From Elephas maximus (Eukaryota), in contig NC_064841.1 in NCBI RefSeq assembly GCF_024166365.1, positions 46,375,680-46,439,679 on the forward strand: DNA of 64,000 bases. Direction: 5' to 3'. Shown here one piece after another: positions 50,510-61,800 of this stretch (its first letter is position 1; every line of letters starts with the position of its first letter). Under the pieces are notes generated by a model. It made no database searches and was not told the DNA's origin. It saw nothing but the letters and a program-made list of their open reading frames with translations. The translations under genes and the position numbers were made by a program.

Positions 50510-50720
50510 AAAGATGTAATAAATAAGCCAATAAGGAGATAAAATGGAATCATAAAATGTTCAATACAAAAAAAGGCAAGAAAAGAAAGAAATAACAAAT
50601 GAGACAAATAGAAAACAATTAGCAAGACTGTAGCTATGAATCAAACCAAATCAGTAATTACATTAATTGTAAATGGTCTAAACAACCCAATTAAAAGGCA
50701 CATACTGTCATATTGGATAT
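50510..50720 (+). mobile_element. Older L1 fragment covering the ORF1/ORF2 junction.
   Basis: It reads ...atgaatcaaaccaaatcagtaattacattaattgtaaatggtctaaacaacccaattaaaaggcacat, the start of L1 ORF2 (...SIITLNVNGLNxPIKR). Confidence 0.6.
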
Positions 50721-52479
50721 AATAGTATAAGGTTCCAGTGATAAATATGTCAGTCTAGATGTTTTAGGAAGAAGAAAATGGTCAACTGGTCACATAAATT
50801 AGGTCTTGGTAACACTGCCATTTAATCTGGCAATTAGGAGGATGTAAGTGGCCCTTTTTTTTTTTTTTAAGTGGCCCTAGCTTGGGCAGTCCCTCCAGCC
50901 TTGCTTTTGGCACCACAGTTTTCTTTTCATTTTCCCATAACTATCTACCTTTTTCTGTTACTTCCCTGCTTAAATATTGGGGATTACAAACTAAACCTCT
51001 ATCTTTCTAAATAGTATACTAAACATTATGAAAATGAGACAGATACATACAGGTTGCCACAGAAGCATAAGACAACGGCACCTAACCTTTCCAGGACAAT
51101 GGCAGGAAAAGCTTTAGTTTTCTCTTAGATGAAAGGGTGCTTAAGCTAAAATTCTATAAATGATATTTTTTAAAAATCAAGCAAACAAATGAAGTGGCAT
51201 TGTGTCTTCGAGAAACATAAACAGCTCGGCCTTTTTGGGATATGATGTGGAAGGAAGAAAGTAATGTAAGACTGATAAAGTAGGCAGGGCCAGCCTTGGA
51301 GGGCCTTCTACTCCACATTAATGAGTCAAGGGAATAAATGATGGGTCCTAAATTAGATTAATGACTACAGAATAGGTGGTGGCATGGGGTAGATTTCATG
51401 GATGTTTAGGAAAAAATTTAACGGATGACTAACTGAATATGGGAAATGGAAGACTGGAAAGACAGACATGAGAATGACTCCCTGATTTCCTTCATAGAGG
51501 AAACAGTATGGATGGGAAGGTAGTGAGATCAGTTTTACACGTGTTTAATAAGTATTTGTGTTTTTATTTTTTATAATTGATTTATTTTAATGAATACGCT
51601 ACCTTGTTCCTTTTAAGCTGACTTCAAGAAGTCAGATTAATAAATGATTAATTTATGTACATACCAAAAGTGGGTCAATATAAATTTGATTTATTAGTTT
51701 AGACTTGGGTCTCTTTATTGTGCTTTAACTCAAGGAATCTGAGAGAGAGAGAGAACCATGTAAGTTTACATTCAATTAGACTTACAGAAGCAATAACACT
51801 GTGTTAGGAACTTTCCTCAGGTATGGCAGCTCAGCCCCTTTTTTGCTTTCCCTTCTACCACCCAACACTTAAAGCTAGGTGTTCCAGAACTGCATCCAAT
51901 CTCTGTTACAATACCTAATCTCTGTCACCATGCCATCTCAGAGAATCCCATGATGACTCCCAGATCTCCACCTCCAGTGTAGACCTCTCTCCTAAGCTCC
52001 CAAACATATATTCAGCTGCCTCAGGAACCCATGCACACAATGCCCATCAATTACGCAAACTCATTATCTCCTCCCACTCACACTACCCTCATACCCACAA
52101 AGAATCTGCTCTTCCCCAATCCCTGCCTTGATGAATAGCAAACAGCCTCTGGTCACCCAAGCCAGACTTGTCCAAGCCCCATTCATGATTCCTTTCTCTC
52201 TGCCACACTCTCCATATGTTTCCATCTTTAACCAGTCATGTACATTCTAGCTCCCTAACATCTTTCACAACAGTTGCATTCTCTCCATTCCCACTGCCAC
52301 TATTTTAGTTCAGGCCCCCATTATGCCTCTTGCCTAGACTACTACAATAGTTGCTTAACTAGTCTCCCTGCCCCAAGCTGACTGTCAGGCCACTCCAACC
52401 TTCTAATTACCATCTGAGTGCTCTTTTTCAAAGGCAAATCTTACCCATGTCACTCCAGCCAGGACAAAATACCAGTACT

Positions 52480-52725
52480 TATATTTTCCCACAGAACAAT
52501 GCTGTTTCAGGTCACTTACAGCCTGTGCTTGTTGAATTGCCAGAGTTGCTTGCGGCTCATGAGGACCCATATATGCAGAGTAGAACTGCTCTATAGGTTT
52601 TTCAAGGCTATGACCTTTCAGAAAGAGATCACCAGGCCTGTCTTCCAAGGTGCCTCTTGGGTGATTTTGAATCACCAACCTTTCGGTTAGTAGTTGGGCA
52701 TTTAATCACCCAGGGTCTACCTCTT
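52480..52725 (-). mobile_element. AfroSINE-type SINE.
   Basis: The reverse complement shows the tRNA-like head ...ggtgattcaaaatcacccaagaggcacc... and cagagtagaactgctctataggtttttcaaggc. Confidence 0.7.
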
Positions 52726-54124
52726 TGTTTACCTCGGGAGTTCCTACTCATCCTTTAAGACTCTGTTCAAGAGTCTTTGTCTCTGGGAAGGCTCCCCGAA
52801 CCATTAAATTTGACTTGTCCAGTGCCTTGTTATGCCACTACTACGTTAAATACATCTCTATTACTCTATCACATATCATAATCTTTGTTTAGTTTGCTTT
52901 CCACACTAGACTGTGAGTTCTATATGGGATTATGTATTATTTCTAAATCACTAGCATCTGGTATAGGTACTAATGTTGGTTTAACTGAAGAAAGGATAAT
53001 CAACAGTCTCAAAACTGCACTGGGGTCATCTAGATGGTGTAGAGTAGATGTTGTTTTGACACTTTGGAGACCACAAGATACCTTAGTGGAAGCATTTCAG
53101 TGGCCTGATGGGGGAGTCATTGAGTACATTAAGAAGTAAATCGTAAGAAAATAGGTAAGTCTTACATTGAAGGGAAAGAGAATAACGGGATAGTAGTTTA
53201 AGAGGAGAAAGAGAAGTAAAGGAAGGGCTGGCTTTATTTTTTAGGCTAGATAAGCCAGGAATAAAAAGCACGTAGTGACAGAGAAGCTGGAAATAAGAGA
53301 GGAAATAAGTGATAGGGCAAGGATTAGGAAAAGATTATGTAAGATGGGATAAAGAGTCCAAGAGATAAATTAGAGTTAGAAATATTAGGGACAAAGGGAC
53401 AAGAGAGACTGAAGATATCATTCTTTTAGTTGAAGGGGAGGAAAGCTGAAGGAATTCATGATTTATAATTATTTTTATAGAGGTGGTTTGCTAGTTTAAG
53501 GAGAATGGTAAAGAGCTGAAATAGCTGTTGCTGAGAATGGAGCAAAGAAGCCAGCTAGGAGTGAATAAAAGGGCTGTTTTTTTTTTTTTTTTAGAGGTGC
53601 AGTGAGCATGCTCACTGAGGGAGGAGCCCTTTAGTCCAAGACATTTCTTCCAACTCTATCCACACTTCCGATATATTAATTTGTAATTTTAACACATCAC
53701 TATATAACATTCCAATCACTAACTATTTTCATTTCTGTCCCTTGGATATCTAAAGCCAATGTGTTAGTTTTCTGATAATCACAGTTATCGGATGGCAAAA
53801 TGCATTTTGGGAGACCTGAAAGCAGGGGTGAGCAATGGCTCTGACCAGACTTTATCTTTAAAAAAAAAAAAAAAAAAATTTTTTTTAATTTATCTTTGGT
53901 AGTATCAATTATGAAGACTGACTTCCTGTGAACCACATTCCTTGGGAAATGTTAGCATGAAGGAGGAAATATTTAGACCAACTCATTTAGGACCATAATC
54001 CCACACTCAAATGAACCCTCAGGCTTTTATATATATACTTCAGCCAGAGGCCAGCATTATTAACTGTTTGATAATCACCTGTTCATTGTTCATTCCCATC
54101 CTACAAATGGATATCTTAAATGTC

Positions 54125-54300
54125 AAAATTAATAATTTACCCCTGAAATCTAACTGCAAGGTTGGTGGTTTGAGTCCACCCAGAGTCATCTTGGAAGAAA
54201 GGTCTGGTGATATACTTCTGAAAAATCAGCCATTGTAAACCCCATAGTGCACAGTTCTACTCTGACACACATAGGGTCACCATGAGTCAGAGTCAACATC
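54125..54300 (+). mobile_element. AfroSINE-like element fused downstream of the unclassified 54011 repeat unit.
   Basis: It reads ...aggttggtggtttgagtccacccagagtcatc...acagttctactctgacacacatagggtcaccatgagtcagagtcaacatcaactggtttgatttt. Confidence 0.6.
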
Positions 54301-55040
54301 AACTGGTTTGATTTTTAAATCTATACTAATTTTTAATATTGTGCACACCCGTGCCAAGCATTAAATTTTCATGATATTATGGCAATGTGTCATCCTCAGA
54401 GGACATGCCTGAAGCATATGGTTCCATCTTTAACAACAACTAAATATGCACTAGATATTCTGGTTAGAAACTGACTGCATGCAATCATGCACCTATTGAA
54501 GGTACATTTAAAAAATACTTAAGAAAAAAATCTAGTGGACATGGTAATTATCCTTCTTCCAGATTCTCCACATTATATTCCTAAAAGCTAATAGTCAGAC
54601 GGCAAAGAACCTGGCCCTATTTCAGTCCCTGCAGAAATGCCTTCCTGGGTTACGATTTGGTAAAAATTGAGTAAATTTTTAAGTGAGCTTAGTTCCAGGA
54701 AGGCTTATCTTGTAAATACATTACACTCTTTTATAGTAAGATGACAGTTATGTAACCCAAATGTTTTCTTTTTGTTGATACTTCTGGGAAACTCAGTTCC
54801 CAATTATAGAGATAGTTATCTGCCTTGTAATATTTATACCATTTCCTCCTTTATTTAGACAAATCAGATATGTCTGATCAGCTTAGCGTCTCCCTGCTTA
54901 AAAGCAAATGAAACATCAGAGGCCCAAACACTATAAATTATCTTGGTTTCTAGTATGAATTTCATATTTTAAATCATTTTCCAACCCCTTTTTCAATTCT
55001 AATAAGACTACTAAGCTAGCAGATGAATAGCAAGTCATAC

Positions 55041-55127
55041 AGGTGCATCCTGATCCATCAAGTAAGCACCATGGCCTTGACTGATGGCTTCTTGGTATTC
55101 TTGACGGGCTCCTTCCTTCTCTTTAAC
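55041..55127 (-). CDS. VWA5-family gene, VIT-domain exon. It encodes VKEKEGARQEYQEAISQGHGAYLMDQDAP (29 codons, phase 0 to 0).
   Basis: Acceptor aattttttccag|GTTAAAG and donor GCACCT|gtatga. It matches VWA5A KMKARTNYEKAISQGHQAFLLEGDSS. A stop codon lies immediately after the donor in frame. Confidence 0.6.
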
Positions 55128-55881
55128 CTGGAAAAAATTATTTTCACATCCGTCATAATATGAATGGTGGCTTCAGACTTTAATTAGGAAAACTTAATCA
55201 TGTTTACTAAAATCTAGGCAAAAACAGAAAACTAAGAGCCTATCTAAGATGAATGGAAGCTTACGTAAAGTGACCATCAAAATGTACTTCTTATCTGATT
55301 CGAATTTGAACCAAAAAGAACAATTAAAGAAAACTCTCTTTAAATTTGGAACAAAATATTTCAGAGTCAATACAAAAAAAACAAAAACGGTTTGACTGGG
55401 ACTTTATTTTGAACAAAAAGTAACAAATTAAGTTTATTTTATCTTAAATTTACAAAATGTGGGTTGTAATTGCAATTGTGTTCTAATGATTAGAGTAAAC
55501 AAAGAATAAATCAACTGTTATTTCTTTTGGTACAATTTTTATACATGTATTTCAGTTTCACTTTTATAGCAGGGTATGGAGGATCAGTTTTTGCAAAAAT
55601 ATACAATAGCTACACCAGTTATCCAATATGCCTCTCTTAAACTTTTGATTTTGAAGTCACTCTTTTCTCAAGTGCCGGAGCACAGAATTTGCCAGAGACT
55701 AACGAAGGCTGGACAAACAGGAATTTAGAAATTTGAGTGGAGACTAACCGTATACGCATGAGAATATTTTTGCTTTATGACAAGGTTGCTACTCAACCTC
55801 ATAGCTACGGGGGACTCACATAATGAAGATTTAGGTAAATGGGAAACCAAAGTGAAATCACAATGCATTTTCTCCCCTTAC

Positions 55882-56013
55882 CTCTCCTACTATATGCTTC
55901 CCATTGATGAAAGCTTCAAAACCACACACAGCTGCTTTATCATCCAGAGGAAAGATATATTTTGCCTCAATTGGCACATGACTTTGATTTGTGTATGTTT
56001 GAAAAACGATGAC
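55882..56013 (-). CDS. VWA5-family gene, VIT-domain exon. It encodes VIVFQTYTNQSHVPIEAKYIFPLDDKAAVCGFEAFINGKHIVGE (44 codons, phase 0 to 0).
   Basis: Minus-strand acceptor ttttcttcttcag|GTCATCG and donor GGAGAG|gtaagg. The only open frame aligns to VWA5A VPLEAFFVFPMDEDSAVYSFEALVDGKKIVAE. It is not in the ORF track because it is under 60 aa. Confidence 0.6.
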
Positions 56014-58854
56014 CTGAAGAAGAAAAGTCCATATACTTGTTGTTATAATTACTAATGAAAATTCTTATGCATAATTGTTTTAAATGCCTTGAATTTTTAT
56101 CATGTCCCTCAAATTCCTAACTCAGGCTTTAGGAGTTAGAGGAGATGCCACTGCTATGTAGAGTCTATGTCACATGAGAAAATGCACCGGCCCCGTGTTT
56201 AGGTAGTTCATACATGCCTAACAAAAGGTGAGTCACTTGACAGCAGTGCAACTTAATTAGCAGAAGCAATGCAGCTACTGTTAAGCTGGCCAGGAAAAAA
56301 GTTCCTTTTTTTAGCTTCCTTATAGCACACGAGCCTGGTACTATTCCAGAATAGCCCTTATATTCAATCTATGATGTCTTGGTACTCCTCCTTGGGGATG
56401 TTTCTTTGGTTTTATCCCTTTCTTCTCAGCTGCTTTTCCAGTCTAAGTCCTCATCTTTTCCTGCCTAGATGGCTCCTGAATCAAGCCTTTTCCATTCTAC
56501 TGTATCTTGCCATTTAAATGTTATCATATTAATTTTTCTAAAAGGACAATTTTTATCAATTACTTGCTTATCAAGAAAAAGCATTAGTTTTTAAATATTT
56601 GGAAAAATTTTTAAAAACTTACATATGTAATAAACAGTAAAATAAACAATGGCATTAATAAGAAAATATTTAACAATTTGTAACCAATAATCCCCGAGAA
56701 GAGACTAAATGAAAAGAAAAAAAAAAAAAGTCAGCCTACTCTAAAACGCTATCTACAACTGGGTTTACTAAAAGCTAGGGTGTATAGTCTGGTTTGGTTT
56801 AGGGTGTACAGGGCACCAGACAAATACGTTTTGAGGGTCCCCTGCCTATATAAACAATTTGAATCGCCCCAAGTCAGTAGGTCAGCACCCTTCTGGAGAC
56901 CCAATCTCTTGCAATCCTACATACAAATGCCTCAATGGCCAGTGGGAGATTTCTGCTTGCCAGACCACCCCCCTGGAACAATCCCACAGACACAAGTCCA
57001 GTAGTTTCTGAAGTACCTGCACAGCCCCATGTGACTCTGGAAGAGGAGAAACCAGGACTGGAACTGACACAGGGCTCTGTTTGCCCTGATCTAAGGGCTA
57101 CTGACTAGAAGGGCATCATGTTCACTCCTTGGTTGCACAGAAAACTCCTGAGGGAGAAAACATCCTCTCCTGGATGCCTACAGTTCTACCAAACCCCTCA
57201 GACACACTTTTCCTTGGCTTATATTTGATGAGTATGATCAACATCTAATTATACTTTGGTTTAGTGTCTTCATTCTACTCTGTAGATATCCTATCAGCTT
57301 GATTCTCTTTGTATATCACATTGTAGAATTGGGCACTCAAAAAATTCATAATTTTAGATAATGATGACAGAAGTATTTTTGCCAGAACTTAAAGCAGAAA
57401 CTAATACACTATAAAAATTTTTTACATTTAATATTCCTCCTTAAGAAGAAACCATTACATAAATAATGAGCTGAAAACATTAAACTCATTCCAAGAAGAG
57501 TCAAAACATATGAGCTAAGCACATAGAGGTGCCTACTGTTCAGCCTCTGTTCAAATATGCAAGGTTAATCTACAGGTCAGCTGCCCAATCATAAATTAAT
57601 AAAATACTCTCTGCTAAATGAGTTATTGTGGACCAAACTTCCCCATGAAGGAGGCCATCTCAGCTTTGAAATATCAAATAGAGCAACTTATAAATTCCAA
57701 AGGACATATGCCTCTTGTAGCATAATCATAATTTGTTTTGTATCTCCTACATGTCAAAAAATGGACTAGGTACTTTACATTCATGGTATCTAATAGCCAC
57801 AATACCAATGGGTAGATATTATTATTCATATTTTACACATCAGGAACTGAGGCACAAAAAGGTTAAGTAACTTCCCCAATGTCAAAATGCTAGAAAAGAA
57901 TGAAGCAAGGATTCAGAGCTATCTTTTTGACTCCAAATCCCATATTTTGTGTCACGTATGATAGGTTGTGGAATTGACATGACAGCAACAGATTTTACAA
58001 CATGTTGCACTACAGCAGTGATTAGGAACCTAAACTATAGAATCAGAAGGAACTGAGGTCAAAAGCTCACAGAGTCATTGCACCTGAAAAATTTAATTCA
58101 GAGCTTGAATTATAAGAAGTGGTAATTATTGTTGTTACAGCTCCTAAATGCCTCCAAAGATATAAAACATTTACCACCAGACCACATGTGGGTTTTCCCA
58201 TGTTCTATATGACATTCCCATGAGCTACCTCAGGGGCATGGGTACGGGTCAGAGCAGGCCAGACAGTAGTGGTCAGATATTTCCAAACTGGTATAAATAT
58301 CATACATAACATAATCTTCCCCACTCCAGTTTAAGGTGATCAGTAAAATTAATATTATTTCCCTCCGAAGGTACAAGAGTCATGATGTTCTTATTTTCCT
58401 GAGAATATTTTTATGGTTGTTTAACAATCTTCAGTGTTAGGAGGCAATGATGAGTTAAATATTAGAATTCAGTTTTAGAAAACAGAACTTTTTCTACCTC
58501 TACCACCACATGTACCCACCTACTGGCATGTGTGCCCTTAAATTCTACGTGCCATCCCATGATGGTGGATTAACTAACTCTAATCTCCCACCCAAGTCCA
58601 GGCACTGCTCCTGAGCACTGGATCTCATCCTCTCGCCTACAAAAGGACGGAGCTCCAGCAATATTCGTCTCTCTCTCGTGGGTCACCAGTTTTCCTTTCC
58701 TGCAATGAATCACTCCGACTGGCACATACACGTTATTATTTCTCCCAGCTCAAAAGGAAAAAGAATGCACTCTTGAACCCACTTTTCTTTCTACTACTGT
58801 CCCATTTTCTCTCCGGTGACTCCAAATTCTTTCCTCCCATTCTCTCTCTCTCTC

Positions 58855-61800
58855 TTTTTTTTTTTTTTTTTTTTATTGTACTTAAATGAAGGTTTACAGA
58901 ACAAACTAGTTTCTCATTGAACAGTACATGTATTGTTTTACTACATTGCTTAACACCCCCACAACATGGCAACGCTCTTCCTTCTCAACCTTGGGTTCCC
59001 TACTACCAGCTTTCCTGTTCCTTCCTGCCTTCTAGTCCTTGCCCCTGGGCTGATGTGCCCCTTTAGTCTCATTTTGTTTTATGGGCCTATCCAATCTTTG
59101 GTTGAGGGGTGAACCTCAGGAGTGACCTAATTACTGAGCTGATCAGGTGTCCAGGGGCCATAGTCTCAGGGTTTCTTCAGTCTCTGTCAGGTCAGCACAT
59201 CTGGTCTTTTATTTAGAGTTAGAATTCTGTTCTACATTTTTCTCCAGCTCTGTCCAGGACCCTCTATTGTGATCCCTGTCAGAGCAGTCAGTGGTGGTAG
59301 TCGGGCACCATCTAGTTGTACTGGGCTCAGTCCCATGGAGGCTGTGGTAGAGGTGATCAGTTAGTCCTTTGGACAAATCTTTCTCTTGTATCTTTGGTCT
59401 TCTTCATTCTTCCTTGCTCCTGAAGGGGTCAGAACAGTGCAGTATCCTAGATGGCTGCTCACAGGCTTTTGAGAACCGAGACACTATTCACTGAAGTAGA
59501 ATGTAGAACAGTTTCTTTATAAACTATGTTATGCCAGTTGTGCTAGATGTTCCCTGAGACTATGGTCCCGACGGCCCTCAGCCCAGCAATTTGGTCCCTC
59601 AGGGAGTCTGGATGTGTTTATGGAGATTCCATGACCTTGCCTTGTACAAGTTGTGCTGGCTTCTTCAGTATTGTGTACTGTCTAACCCTTCACCAAAGTC
59701 ATCACTTATCTATTGTCTATTTAGTGTTTTTCCATCCCCAACCCTCCCCTCCCACGTAACCATCAAAGATTGTTTCTTTTTGTGTGTAAACCCTGTCATG
59801 AGTTTTTACAGTAGTGGTCTCATACAATATTTGTCCTTTTGTGATTGACTTATTTCATTCAGCATAATGCCCTCCAGAATCACCCATGTTATGAAATGCT
59901 TTGCAGATTCATCGTTGTTCCTTATCATTGCTCAATACTCCATTATGTATATGTACCACAGTTTCTTAATCCATTCATCTGTTGATGGGTATCTAGGTTG
60001 TTTCCATCTTTTTGCTATTGTCAACAGTGCTGCAATAAGCATGGGTGTGCATATGTCTATTCATGTGCCAACTCTTATTTCTCTAGGATATATTCCTAGG
60101 AGTGGAATTGCTGGATCATATGGTATTTTTATTTCTAACTTTCTCAGGAAGCGCCATATCGTTTCCCAAAATGGTTGTATCATTTTGCATTCCCACCAGC
60201 AGTGCATAAGAGTTCTGATCTCCTTGCAGCCTCTGCAACACATGTTATTTCCTGTTTTTTTGATTCATGCCAATAATGCCGGGCTGAGATGGTATCTCAT
60301 TGTGGTTTTGATTTGCATTTGTCTATTTTTTTTTTTTTTTTTTAATGGCTAGTGATCGTGAGCATTTCCTCATGAGTCCGTTGGTGTCTGAATGTCTTCT
60401 TTGGTGAAGTGTCTGTTCATTTCCTTTGCCCATTTTTTAACTGGATTATTTGTCTTTTTGTTGTAGAGGTGTTGGATTTTTTTGTAGATTTTAGAAATTA
60501 GACCTTTGTCTGATTTGTAATAGCCAAAAATGTCTTCCCAGTCTGTGGGTTCTTTTTTTAATCTTTTGGTGCAGTCTTTTGATGAGCGTAAGTGTTTAAT
60601 TTTTAGAAGATCCCCGTTATCTAGCTTATCTTCTGGAGATTGCGTGTTGTTGATCATGATTTGTATCCTGTTAATGCCGTGTATTAGGGCCTCTAGCATT
60701 GATCCTATTTTTTCTTCTATGAACTTTAGAGTTGTTGGCTTTATATTTGTTATATTTCTTTTGGTTTTGGATAGTCCTTGAGAGTTCATTTCCTAGGTTG
60801 GTATTTGACTGGTAAAATTTTGCTTCCTAGATTCAGGCTGTGGTCTGACGTTGTTTGTTCTCAGACCAAAGGACTCCCTTTAATAATTCCTGTAAGTTTG
60901 ATTTGGTTTTCTACATATTCCCTTAATTTCTGTTTATCTGGAAATGTCCTAATTTCATCATCACATCTGAATGAGAGTTTTGCAGAATATATTTTTCTTT
61001 GCTGGCAATTTTTTTCTTTCAAAGCTTTATATATGTCATCTCCTTGCCTTCGTGCCTGCGTGGTTTCTGCCAATCAGAGCTTATTCTTATTGTTTCTCCT
61101 CTGTATGTGGCTTTTTGTTTTTCTCAAGATGCTCTCAGCATTTTTTGTTTGTGTTTGGTTTTAGTGAGTGTGATTATGGTATGCCTTGGTGATTTTCTTT
61201 TGGGGTCTATCCTATACGGGGCTTGTTGAGCTTCTTGGATGGTCAACTTTTCATCTTTCATGATATTAGGGAAGTTTTTTATCAGCAATTCTTTGATAAT
61301 CTCTGTGTTTTCCATTTTCTACCCCGTTCTGGAACACCAATCACTTGTAAATTTTGGGTTTTGACTATAGCCCACATCATTCTCAGGGTTTCTTCATTTT
61401 TTTTTATTCTGATTTTTCCTCAGAGTTGTATCCAAGTGTTTGTCTTCCACTTCACTGATCCTGTCTTCCATCATTTCAAACCTGCTCCTCAGCCCTTTTA
61501 TTATGCTGTCCATTTCTGAAATCTTGTTTATCTTTTGGATTTCTGATTGCTGTTCTTGCATGATTTCTAGTTTTAAATTTATTTTGGTATTTTGTTCCTG
61601 TATCATATTCCCGAATTCTTCCATTTTTTTTGTCTGTATATTCCATGAATTTGTCTATTTTTTCCTCATTTTCATCTGCTTTTTCCTTCAACTCTTGGAT
61701 AGCTCTGAATATTAGTGATTTGCATTCCCTATCAGGTAGTTCTAGTGCCTCTTCTTCTACTGGAGAGTCATCTGGTGTTTTATTTTGGATGCCTACTGGA

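Noticed and set aside
54660-54760. The minus-strand frame AFLELSSLKNLLNFYQIVTQEGISAGTEIGPGSLPSDY*, with AFLEL matching VWA5A AFLLE.
   Set aside because: The exon 55041-55127 already encodes that segment (GHGAYLMDQDAP). No acceptable donor exists before the stop codon, and the downstream match is poor.
56150-56200. The minus-strand reading ...GPVHFLM*, reminiscent of the VWA5A N-terminus MVHFCGLL, raising the possibility of the start-codon exon.
   Set aside because: There is no ATG in frame, a stop follows immediately, and no usable donor site exists. The resemblance is too short to trust.
59867-60352. A 161-aa plus-strand ORF. Similar antisense ORFs lie at 46100..46540, 6480..6845, 26549..26848 and 40166..40438.
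   Set aside because: These are antisense readings of L1 ORF2 or RTE ORF sequence. Such spurious open frames recur in every copy of these LINEs.
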